Below are positions 15,275 through 24,900 of a stretch of DNA of 57,130 nt, in pieces (the first letter of the stretch is position 1; each line of letters begins with the position of its first letter). Both the position numbers and the translations under genes were made by a program. The notes beneath the pieces were generated by a model. The model saw nothing but the letters and a program-made list of their open reading frames with translations. It was not told where the DNA came from and made no database searches. Where the stretch lies: positions 1 through 57,130 of IMG/VR virus record IMGVR_UViG_3300021961_000119. One strand, given 5' to 3'. This DNA is from a virus. Lineage: Duplodnaviria > Caudoviricetes.

Positions 15275-16808
15275 CGACTTTCACCTCGTGATCTTCAGTA
15301 ATAGGAGCGTACCAAACGTTGATGGGCTTGCCGCCCGGGATTCGGAGCTTGTCGTGATCCGCGCCGCAGTCGCGCCGGAGCGATGTCCACAGGTCCATCC
15401 CCGTCATCACCTCGGCTTTGTTACGCTTAAGGAACTCGGAGAAGGCCGTGCCCCGGAACACGATGCACCGCGTGCCGTTGATGACCTGCACCACCGGGAT
15501 GTTGCGGGTTAACGCTTTCCGGTCTTCGGTGTTAGTACCGTCGGAGGTCAAGTCGGCCTTTTGCACGAATTCGTTGAACTTGGCGGCAATGATGCCTGAC
15601 GCACTCGCCTCTTTCGGCACTTCGATCACCCGCAGAGTCGGGATGAGCGGGTCGAGGATTCGGCGTCGCCACGAGTCCTGAGTGATCTTGGGGATGTTGA
15701 TCTTGAGCTGTTCGAAGATCAGCGTGCCCATCGCGGCGGGGTCACGTAGGATAATAGTCGGGATGTTCGCGATGAGCTTCCCGTTAACGTGGATGCCCCA
15801 GCGTGGGGGTTCGGACTGGTACTCGATCAGCTCGGTAAACTGGGGCAGTTGGTCCTGCGCGTCCAGCTCTTTGCTCTCGTCGGTTGAGATCCCGAACTCG
15901 CGGGTAACGCACACCTTGCGATCGCAAAGCGACTTGCACGGCTCTTCGCTACATTTGTACAGGTAGTCCCGGCGCGACGCGGAGCGGATCACCTTCTTGG
16001 CCTCGGCGGGTCCCAGTGGCTTGTCGAACATCGTGCGGTTCAACGCCATCGCATCGTCAAAGAATGTGTCGGGGCGGGCACGCTTGAGGTACACCACCAC
16101 GTTGTACATCGAGTCGTTGCGGGAGCCGGATTCGACGCCTGTGTGGATCATCTTTTGAATGCACGGTGGAGCCTCCAAGTGCTCCCGGTGGGCCATTTCC
16201 TGCAGTGCCGCCACCGTAACTCGGCGCGACTGGGCGTACGAGATGAACAGCTCGAACGACATCTTCTGCCCTTTGTCGTCAATCGCGTACCGCACCGTCC
16301 GGTCTTTGTCGAAGAATGGCAAGTTGATCCAGTTCCCCAGCGACTTCTCACCACTGGACGTGGTCAGCGAGTCCTGCTTGGGGAAGATGTCCACGTGGTT
16401 CGGGATTTGGAGCATGTCGCGCCACGAATTAAGGAGCCGGATCACGAGCTTGGCCGGTAGGTATTCCTCACCAAATAAGTACAGATGTGCCCCGCCCGAC
16501 TTGCTCCGGGTCGCCACCAGCGGGAGCCGGTAGTGCTCGATCTTTTCCACAAGCTTCGGAATGTCGATGTCGGACCCGTCCGAACCTTTGCCGTGGTTAT
16601 CCACGTCGATACAGCCGAACAGCACCGTGCCGCCGTCCGTGATCGGAACCACCCCCAGTCCCATCTTGCCGCCCAAATGGTCGGCGTAGTGTTGCAGGGT
16701 TACTTCGCTCTTCTCGGTTATCATATTGCCCGTCGCGGGATCCCACTGTCCGAAGGACCGGAGATTACCAGCGAACAGGTTTGCGTAGTCTTGAACTAGA
16801 CTAGTCAT
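15246..16808 (-). CDS. Archaeo-eukaryotic primase (PrimPol-like) with PriCT-like domain
   Basis: CIDVD, RSKSGGAHLY, IFPKQD, GNWINLP, then PPCIQKM...GSRND and a Cys cluster; no Walker A seen. Confidence 0.85.
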   Translation of the reverse strand: MTSLVQDYANLFAGNLRSFGQWDPATGNMITEKSEVTLQHYADHLGGKMGLGVVPITDGGTVLFGCIDVDNHGKGSDGSDIDIPKLVEKIEHYRLPLVATRSKSGGAHLYLFGEEYLPAKLVIRLLNSWRDMLQIPNHVDIFPKQDSLTTSSGEKSLGNWINLPFFDKDRTVRYAIDDKGQKMSFELFISYAQSRRVTVAALQEMAHREHLEAPPCIQKMIHTGVESGSRNDSMYNVVVYLKRARPDTFFDDAMALNRTMFDKPLGPAEAKKVIRSASRRDYLYKCSEEPCKSLCDRKVCVTREFGISTDESKELDAQDQLPQFTELIEYQSEPPRWGIHVNGKLIANIPTIILRDPAAMGTLIFEQLKINIPKITQDSWRRRILDPLIPTLRVIEVPKEASASGIIAAKFNEFVQKADLTSDGTNTEDRKALTRNIPVVQVINGTRCIVFRGTAFSEFLKRNKAEVMTGMDLWTSLRRDCGADHDKLRIPGGKPINVWYAPITEDHEVKVDEPKFRSEF

Positions 16809-16835
16809 CGTTTCACCTCTCTATACGTCTATGTA

Positions 16836-16864
16836 TTGACACCACCTCTGTGGGCTGGTATAAT
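16836..16864 (+). promoter_or_regulatory. Plus-strand consensus sigma70 promoter
   Basis: TTGACA-N17-TATAAT with TG extension, facing the repeat element. Confidence 0.7.
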
Positions 16865-16891
16865 TATAACATCTCGCCATCGGAACAGCAA
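16863..16891 (-). promoter_or_regulatory. Probable primase promoter overlapping the plus-strand one
   Basis: TTGCTG-N17-TATAAT with TG extension; shares the TATAATTATA palindrome. Confidence 0.55.
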
Positions 16892-16903
16892 CCCCCACCG
16901 TTT

Positions 16904-17142
16904 GTTCCACCGTTCCATCAAGATGGAACACATGATGGAACACCCTCTCCCATTCGACAGACAGGCCTCCTGTTCCACCGTTCCATGCGCACGCGGGGGG
17001 ATTGCTCTGTCAACGGCGTGGTTCGATACGGGGGGTATATGATGGAACGGGGGATACAACGGAACACGACACACTCAAGCCCCGAAGGACGCGGGCTTCG
17101 AGACACCGGGGCGTTCCAGACGCCGTACCATCTTAATGGAAC
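16904..17142 (+). repeat. Iteron/hairpin element copy 1 (inverted relative to 52702-52937)
   Basis: Non-coding; many GTTCCA/TGGAAC units; palindrome GTTCCATC-AA-GATGGAAC at 16912-16929. Confidence 0.88.
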
Positions 17143-17233
17143 AGGAAGTCGATTCTAGGGCCTTCTCGTGCATGCGCATGTAAGAGAGAGCCTCTCCGAG
17201 CGCGTCGAAGAGGTGGGGAGCTATATTAGTAGC

Positions 17234-19288
17234 TTACTGGCCTAGAGAGCCTAAGGGAGAGGGCGGGGGACCGGCTGGCGGGGTCGCCATACCGGACAGC
17301 TCGATCCTCGGTGGCCGTGTGGGGGCCATAGTGTCCTCAGGATACTGGTCTTTGGGGTCTCGGGCGGCGACGAGGCCACCAGCGAGTGTGGCACCAGCAT
17401 TTGCGACACGGCTCGAAGTGAGTAGTGACTGCTCTTGCTGTTTGAGCGACTGCATAATACTGTCGATCACTGTGTCCACCTTGGCGGTCGGGGTCAGGAG
17501 CTTCTCAGTGGTAGGCTGAGCCACCCGGGGCGACATCCCGATCAGGTTCGGGAACTGGGCACGGAGTGCATCTCCGGCGGCAGTGAAAGGACGGCCAGCC
17601 ATCAGGTTCGCGGCGGCACCCACCCCACCCGCGCCTTGGTCGAGGTCGGTGTCCAATGGTGTGCGACGGAATCCGGACTTTTCGGTCTGGAGCATTGTAC
17701 GCTCTTGGAGCAATCGGTTCTTGAATTCGTCAAATGCGGCGTCGTCGCGAAAGGCACGGCGAAGCTTCTGCTCAGCATCGCGGGACAGGATCGACTTCAT
17801 CGGGTCAGCTGATGGCCCCGCGACTCGGAGCTTCTCCAGCATCGCTTGGGAGATACCAGCGCGGAAAGCGTCGTACTCGGACGGTGAGTCCTTGAACCGG
17901 TCGATGAGCTTGCGCATGTCAAGCTCGTTCATAGTGTAGATCTGCTGTCCCTCTTTCATGGCTGTTAACAGCTCGGAGTCACCGGCAAAAGTTTGCCGTG
18001 CTATGCGGTATTCGGGCGAAGCTTTTTCCATGTCGGCGAGGAGTCGCCGTTTCATGTTCAGAAGTGTCCCGGCTTGACCGCCTTTACCTTCACGCATTGC
18101 GCTCTCGATCATGTCGTCCAGCGCGATCTTAGTCTCGTGCAGAGCACGCAAGGTGTTTCTAGGGTCGGCGATATCCAGCTCGTTGTCTGCCATGCGCTTG
18201 GCACCAATCTTCATTGCCTCCTTGAAGGTGGGCAGGTTGCGAAGCTTGGCGATATCGGGCGCGGTCGTAGGGTTAAACGTTGGGGCACTGTTCCACGCGG
18301 CCTTATACAGGGGGTCGGCCTCTTCAGCGCGCTTTTTGGTGAGGTCCAGCACGTCTGTGTAGAAGTCTTTAGAGCCTGACATCAGGGTGCGTAAATCTTC
18401 CGAGACACGTGGGATGCGTTCCATCTCGCGAGTAGCAAGCTCGGACTTGCCCTGAATTCGGGCGGGTGATGGCGCGGCAGTGGCACGACGCAACAGTGCG
18501 GCAGTGTTCTCGCCGAGGTCGGCCAGTGTGATCTCGCCACGGGACATCGCTTGCATCTTGGCCAACGCTTGGTCGGGCGTCATCCCGTCCTTCTCCAGTG
18601 CCTTGACGATCGCAAGATCGGCCGCTTTATTCGCGTCACCGAATCCCAGCGAGGTTTTAATCTTGTTGAATGCGGGCATCGCCACGTATTTACCGAGCAG
18701 TCCCAATGTGCCAGTAGTCACCGCTCCAGCGGCACCACCTTTGAGGGCTTCGCCGCCCAATTCACCGGGCGGTTTCTCGCTCGTACCGACAGCAGTTACT
18801 GCGCCGGACCCGGCTCCGTAGCCCATCATCCGGGGAATACTCGGGGCTTTGCCAAAGAGCATTCCAGCGAGCTTGGGGCCAACGGCTTTGGAGACCGCCG
18901 GGATCGCGCCAGCACCACCAGTGAACAGGGCTGGCACCAACGCCCCACCTAACTCGGAAGCTACTGCGGTACGTGGATTCTCCTCGGCGTATTTGCGCAA
19001 GCCTTCGCGTTCAGCCTTGACCAAATCTTCGTAGCTTTGATTGCCGCCCAGTGAACGTAGCCGAGCAATAGCTTCATCCGAGAAGCCCATAGTCAGACCT
19101 TGCAGTGCCTGACCCGCCGCACCGGGCAACATCGCATCAGGTCGTTTCGCCTGTGGACGCACTGGTGCGACGGGTGCTGTGGCATCGGGTGTCCCCGCCT
19201 TGTTCAGCGTAAATCTCCGAATCGTCGCCTCAGGTGTGCCCTCGGGGAATTCGTAGATCTTGCCGTCAATCACTCGCTCGATGGTCAT
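17234..19288 (-). CDS. Putative internal virion/ejection protein (684 aa)
   Basis: Helical, Ala/Gly-rich, ALQGLTMGFSDE motif; last gene of the virion module. Confidence 0.65.
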   Translation of the reverse strand: MTIERVIDGKIYEFPEGTPEATIRRFTLNKAGTPDATAPVAPVRPQAKRPDAMLPGAAGQALQGLTMGFSDEAIARLRSLGGNQSYEDLVKAEREGLRKYAEENPRTAVASELGGALVPALFTGGAGAIPAVSKAVGPKLAGMLFGKAPSIPRMMGYGAGSGAVTAVGTSEKPPGELGGEALKGGAAGAVTTGTLGLLGKYVAMPAFNKIKTSLGFGDANKAADLAIVKALEKDGMTPDQALAKMQAMSRGEITLADLGENTAALLRRATAAPSPARIQGKSELATREMERIPRVSEDLRTLMSGSKDFYTDVLDLTKKRAEEADPLYKAAWNSAPTFNPTTAPDIAKLRNLPTFKEAMKIGAKRMADNELDIADPRNTLRALHETKIALDDMIESAMREGKGGQAGTLLNMKRRLLADMEKASPEYRIARQTFAGDSELLTAMKEGQQIYTMNELDMRKLIDRFKDSPSEYDAFRAGISQAMLEKLRVAGPSADPMKSILSRDAEQKLRRAFRDDAAFDEFKNRLLQERTMLQTEKSGFRRTPLDTDLDQGAGGVGAAANLMAGRPFTAAGDALRAQFPNLIGMSPRVAQPTTEKLLTPTAKVDTVIDSIMQSLKQQEQSLLTSSRVANAGATLAGGLVAARDPKDQYPEDTMAPTRPPRIELSGMATPPAGPPPSPLGSLGQ

Positions 19289-20904
19289 TGTGGAGTCTCC
19301 CGTCCTTGGCTATCAACACGCACTCGTGGCATGCTGAAGTATTGCTGGTAGGTCATGCGGTTGGGGTTAATCGAGACCTTGCCTTTATCGTCGCGGGTGG
19401 TGATCGGATTCGCATCCAAATATCTGCGCCACTGGGCTTCGGCATACGGCGTGATGGCACCATTGACGGCGGCGTAATCGGCCATGTACTTGTTGAACTC
19501 CGCGTCGCGGCGGCGTTGCGCGATCTTGAATTCGAGCAAGGTCTTGTTGGTCGATGGCTCTTTGTCGGAACTGAACGCGCCGAGTTGCATCATCTTGATG
19601 TCCAAGTTCGACACGTTCGAGTCGCCCGGAATGCGGTTCTGCTTCGCGGCGAGTGCGGCGAGCGAGTCGAATTCGTTGATCTTCGCACGGTCACCGGAAG
19701 TGAGCTTCGCGATGTCTCCGATACCAAAGCCCACACCGTAGGTGTAGCCGGTGCTGATCTCGGAGTTGAGCTTCAATGCACGTTCAAGGTCGCGGATATC
19801 GTCCTCGATGCCGGAAGTGAACGGTGAGATTTTCTCGCGTATATACTTACCAGATTCTTCTAGATCTTTTTCGCGCTTCTTGGCGGCTTCGATCTTGTTT
19901 AGTCCTCGGTAGGAGGTCTTAGGATCGATTGGCACTCCAACGTCCATGGCTTTGGTAACAATTGCGTTGATGTCGCCATTGCGAATGTGGTCGTCAATCT
20001 CCTGCTTAGTGCGGGTGGTTTGTGCCACTTGCTGAGCGATCGAGGTACGCTTGCTGGTCTGGTCCAGACGCACATTCTCGTCCACGATCTTCTGCGCACG
20101 AGCGCGGTCCTTCTCGTTAAGAGGGTCGCCACCAAATGTCTGCAGGGCGTCGGCCACGAGCTTGTTCTCTTTGCGATACGCGTCGCGTTGAGCTTCCTGT
20201 TGTGCTTTGACGAGTTGCTCAGGGTCGTTCAGATTCAAGTTAAGACGGGTTGCGATGTCGCGCAAGCTCTTCGTGTCCTCGAACATCTTGAACTTCACCG
20301 AGAATTGCGGATCAGTCAAAGACACACCGGCTTGCGCGGCGAATGCCTTCATTTCAGGCGTTGCTTTATCTCCCGCGAGCAGTTCTTTGACACGTGCGAT
20401 GCCTTCGGGCGACCGTGGATTAAGACCCTCGGATTGCGCCTGTTTCTGGTACGCGGTCATCTGCGGGGTAAGCTTCGACACTACACTCAGGCCAAGCCGT
20501 GCGGCCTCTTTTTCTTCTTCAACCGCTTTGAGCGACAACTCGTAGCGCATCTTGGCAAGTTGAGCGTTCCGATCAGCTTCAGCTTCTTGCGCTTTCCCAA
20601 AAGCTCCGGCGGCAGTGCCTAGCGATTCGCCGAAAGAGCCAGTGCGTGTCGGTGCTAGAAATCCTTGAGCCAGCGCGAGCATCGACGGGTCGATTCGACC
20701 TTTGCGGTCTTGCAACGCTTGCTTCATTGTCTCTCGTGCGGCATCCACTTCCGCTTTTGCGGCTTTGTAGGCGTCAGAATCGGCACCCATTGCTTGGCGT
20801 CCGAGAGCCGAAAGCGACACGCTCCCGATCTTCTCGGGGTCGATCTTCATCATCTGCGCGAGCAGTGGGCTGTAGCCGCTTGTATCTTCGGTGGGTTCTG
20901 CCAT
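19285..20904 (-). CDS. Putative internal virion/ejection protein (539 aa)
   Basis: LALAQGFLAPTRTGSFGESLG N-terminal motif; helical; position. Confidence 0.6.
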   Translation of the reverse strand: MAEPTEDTSGYSPLLAQMMKIDPEKIGSVSLSALGRQAMGADSDAYKAAKAEVDAARETMKQALQDRKGRIDPSMLALAQGFLAPTRTGSFGESLGTAAGAFGKAQEAEADRNAQLAKMRYELSLKAVEEEKEAARLGLSVVSKLTPQMTAYQKQAQSEGLNPRSPEGIARVKELLAGDKATPEMKAFAAQAGVSLTDPQFSVKFKMFEDTKSLRDIATRLNLNLNDPEQLVKAQQEAQRDAYRKENKLVADALQTFGGDPLNEKDRARAQKIVDENVRLDQTSKRTSIAQQVAQTTRTKQEIDDHIRNGDINAIVTKAMDVGVPIDPKTSYRGLNKIEAAKKREKDLEESGKYIREKISPFTSGIEDDIRDLERALKLNSEISTGYTYGVGFGIGDIAKLTSGDRAKINEFDSLAALAAKQNRIPGDSNVSNLDIKMMQLGAFSSDKEPSTNKTLLEFKIAQRRRDAEFNKYMADYAAVNGAITPYAEAQWRRYLDANPITTRDDKGKVSINPNRMTYQQYFSMPRVRVDSQGRETPQ

Positions 20905-20909
20905 GATAA

Positions 20910-21950
20910 TTACCCTAATGGTTTCTCTTCCATACCACCGAACTCGTCGGTTTGGCCTTTCCAGCCAGTATTCGAGAAGTCGTAGTTAAAGCTCGGACTG
21001 CTGAACAAGTTGCTAAGTGATGTACCCAGCGAGCTGAATGCATTGCCGAATCCGGTAGCGGCACTTGTACCACCATTTGGACCGGAGGCAAAGAGAGATC
21101 CGAGGCCCGCGATTTGGGCGAGTGGTGACGTGGAGTAAGCACCGGGGATTGGCGCACTAGCCTTCTCGGACACCGTGCTCGGGACCTTAACGTTCGAGAA
21201 CACATTGGCCGCACCAGTGGCGGCGGCAAGGGGAGCCATAATGCCGGTCTGCTCCAACTTCTGCTCTTCACTGCCGAGACCATATAAACGCTCGAGTTCT
21301 TTGAGCTTTAGATCGAGTTCCGTGGATGCTAGCCCACGCTGGGTCTCGGCCGCGTTCCGGTAGATGCCCGCTTGGTCCATAGCGGCTTTGAGTGCGCTGT
21401 CGTACCCCGACGCCATCTGCTTAGTCTGCGCTCCGAGCAGATTGGCTTGAGTGTCGGCTCCCAACTGGCCCATCGCGTCGAACATGCGCTTGCCACCCGT
21501 ACCACCTGTACCAGCAAACGCTCCCTTGAGCGACGGAATCAGCGAACGTTGAAGACTTTGCTGTTGAAGCCGTTCCATTTCATCCACGACTCCGGGCATC
21601 TTAACACCCGCTTCGTTCGTGTACCCACTAATGTAGGGATTCATGAACGACTGGATCATCTCCGGCGTGATTCCGGCGGCGGCAAGTGCGGCGGTGTCGC
21701 CAGCGTCGCCCAGCATGGTCTCGTAGCCGCGTAGTCCGGTGCCGGTTCCGTCCTCACCCTTTGCGTAGTTGAGCACACTAGTCTGCAACTCCGACATTGG
21801 AGCTACAAGGTCTTCGCCAGTCTGCTTCAGTAGTTCGGTGCCGGGTTCCGCGAGACCTTCAAGGTACGTCGTGTACCAATCCGGACCGGTGGTATCGACT
21901 ACCTTGGTAGTGTCAATATTCGGTAGGGGATCGCCTTGCAGTAAGCTCAT
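20910..21950 (-). CDS. Putative DNA pilot/ejection protein (346 aa)
   Basis: FMNPY motif, Gln/Ala/Gly-rich, QIAGLG C-terminal segment. Confidence 0.6.
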   Translation of the reverse strand: MSLLQGDPLPNIDTTKVVDTTGPDWYTTYLEGLAEPGTELLKQTGEDLVAPMSELQTSVLNYAKGEDGTGTGLRGYETMLGDAGDTAALAAAGITPEMIQSFMNPYISGYTNEAGVKMPGVVDEMERLQQQSLQRSLIPSLKGAFAGTGGTGGKRMFDAMGQLGADTQANLLGAQTKQMASGYDSALKAAMDQAGIYRNAAETQRGLASTELDLKLKELERLYGLGSEEQKLEQTGIMAPLAAATGAANVFSNVKVPSTVSEKASAPIPGAYSTSPLAQIAGLGSLFASGPNGGTSAATGFGNAFSSLGTSLSNLFSSPSFNYDFSNTGWKGQTDEFGGMEEKPLG

Positions 21951-24900
21951 AATGCGCCTTTCAGATATGCCAAGGGCGATTTAGCCGCTGGTGGAATTGA
22001 TTTAATGGAACCGCCGCGTTTGTGCTTGCGAATTGCTTCCCGCATAGCGTCCAGCCGCTTGGCACCCTCTTTGTTCGAGCCGTCACCCAGTGCCGCCACG
22101 ATGTCCGCGTCGAACACGTATTCGCCGTCAGCGAGCTTGGCCGAGATAAGGTCGTCCTGACCGCCGCCCGCGCCCTGTACGTAGTGTGAACCTTTGTGTG
22201 GTACATCGCCGCCTGACGCCGCCATTAGTGGAGAAGCCATTATTTTACCACCGTCGGCATACTTCTGTACAGTCCCCCCATTCATGAACGGTTCGAGGAC
22301 CTTGGAGTAAGAGGGTTCAGTGCCATAGGCGTAGTAGTCGGCTCCGGGTTTCTCGGCACCGTCTTCGATTCCGGAGGCGCGGCGAAGGGCCGAGATTGCT
22401 TGTGCTTCTTGGAACATAGGAGTGTCTTGTGGTAGTAGTGCGCCGAGTCCGGCAAGAGGCGCGAGGTTACGGAATCGACCACCGAGCCATGTTTCGGCAA
22501 TGTCGCTGTCTTTAGCTTTATACGTAGGCTCGTTAAATGCTGGACCAGCCATCGCACCCGGTGTCTGCTTCTTGGGCGTAGCTAACTTAAGCTTGGCCGC
22601 TTCGACGCGTTTATTGACTTCCTCGGGTGTCAGAACTTGGCCGGTCGTCACGTCAATCGCCGTGCCGTCTATCACCACCGTGCTGGAGTCGATCACTTTC
22701 CCGGGACCGTCTACGCTGGTAATCTCGCCCGTGTCGGTGTTTACATTGATCGTCGTAGTAAGATCAGTGTTCGTGTCCACCACGGTGTTAGTGGTCGTAT
22801 TGGTATTAGTATCAGTCGTTGTGTTGGTATTGACGCCAGTGTTCGTGTTGGTGTTTGTGGTAGTCGTAACACCGGTATTCGTATTTGTGCTAACAGATGT
22901 GTTTGTACCGGTATTAGTGTTCGTTGTGGTTGTGGTCGTTACGCCAGTATTGGCGTCTACGGCCGTATTAGTAGTCACGCCAGTAGCCGCGTTAGTGCTG
23001 GTGTTGCTATTTGAACCGGTGGCAGTGTTCGTGTTCGCGGCGGTTCCAGTCGTCGTTGCGGCGTTAGTTCCAGCCGTTGTGCCGGTGGTCGTTGCGGCGT
23101 TAGTTCCAGCCGTTGTGCCGGTGGTCGTTGCGGCGTTAGTACCAGCAGTTACATTAGACACAGCAGTGGTTGCGGCGTTCGAAGCCGTTGTCACGTCGGC
23201 ACCAGCGGCTACGGCGGCGTTCGCGGCAGTCGCGGCCACTACGCTTGCATTTGCGCCTGTAGTATTAGCGGCATTAACCACCGAGGTGATCGTGTTGTTT
23301 ACATCAGCACCGTTGCTAATTGCTGAACCCACTGATGTATCGACGGCTTGAGTCGTGTTACCGGTGGCGGTGAAAATCGACGCGAAGTCTGTAGCGGCGG
23401 CAGTGTCAGCTCCCGTTGCGGCAGTGTTAGTTACGGCGGCAGTGTTGGCTCCCGTGGCCGTTGTGCCACTACCAGCTACCTCAGTCACAGCGGTTTGCGT
23501 ACCAGCACCCCCTGTACCCGCGTCAGTGATTTTCGTAATGGTCTCCGGACGGAATGAGCCATCTGAGGATGTAAGGCCTTCAGACGCAAATGCTTGTTGA
23601 ATATCTGCGGAAACGCTAGATCCGGCAGTGAGTGTGCCGGAGGTCTTAGAACCTATCGTACTACCCGCGATAGATTTAGACAGAGCGGTCGCTAGGTCAT
23701 CACCGGTAGCAAGCGCAATTGCCAGCTCCTCAAATCCTTCTTCGGCCCACTCTTTGCCGACTGACGTCGTGGTCTTGCCGAAGACTTTATCCATCGCTCT
23801 TTCGTAACCTTTAATCAACGCCGCATCCGCGAGAGTAGCCGTGCCAGCGGTGATAGCGAACGCTTTCCACCCATCTGCGTTGGCCAGCTTCTCCGCTTGA
23901 TCAACTGGTGTACCCTTTTGGATCTCTTCGTTGAACTTTTGACGAGACTGCGAACCCATGGACTCCGAAGCGTTCATAAGAACGTCGGTAGCTATACCAG
24001 CGGTTTTACCCAGTATCCTGAACACTGCACCACCAGTTACGATCGGAAGCACCTCTTGGAGGCCTTCTTTAGCGACTTGAGTGAGCACTAATGGGTTGTT
24101 AAGAACAGACTTAATCGAAGCGGCCGCTTTCCCAGCGTATGTCTCCGCTCCTTGAATGTCGTTCCAGAAATTCTCGGTAGCTTGAGTGACGCCGGGTATT
24201 TCAAGACTCTGACCAGTGCGTTCGAGCGACTGACCCAATTGCACGAGCACGTTATAACGCTCGGCCACTCCCATATTAGCCAGTGCAGTACCAAGATCTG
24301 CGACTTGCTCGCCACCCGCACCAATTAGCGTCGAAAGTGTCTGACGAACCACATCGCCCGAGGTCCCTTCGAGCGTGTTCGCCCAATTAACCAAATTATT
24401 ACCGGCTGTATCCAGACTTTGAGCCGTTGTAGGCACACCCCTGTCGCCTACACCGGCTATATCGATCATTGGGGCAGTGCTACCCGGAGCGTATTTTAAC
24501 CCGCGTTCATCATAGGCGAAGCCCTTGTCATCGACCCACCGGCCCTGATCATCCTTTCCAACGATAGCAGGTGCTTTGTTAAGAATGTCTTGAATCGACG
24601 CGTTTTTGAGCTGATCAACGGTCATCGAGTTAGCCGTAAATGCTAACGCCGCTACCTCTTGATCGGTGAGCTTATCAAAGGATTTACCGGTCGTTTTTTC
24701 ATAGGCGGTCACCAACCTATCGACTTCAGTGTTGCGAGACTGCTGTTCGATAGCTTGATCGACGCCCTCGAATTCACCTAAATCAAATTTACCTGATGCC
24801 CCAGCATCGCCGGTCGTAGTGGTATCGGCCACTTGCGTGTTGGTCGTCGTGCTAACACTCGTACCTGTACCTGTGCCGGTCACTGTATTGGCCGCCTCAA

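Noticed and set aside
16904-17142. Mini CRISPR array (GTTCC.../...GGAAC units)
   Set aside because: Units are 6-8 nt, in both orientations and irregularly spaced; no constant repeat-spacer period and no cas genes
16829-17158. Short ORFs similar to ORFs at 52784-53135
   Set aside because: The similarity arises from the DNA inverted repeat and appears in several frames, so it is not evidence of a protein
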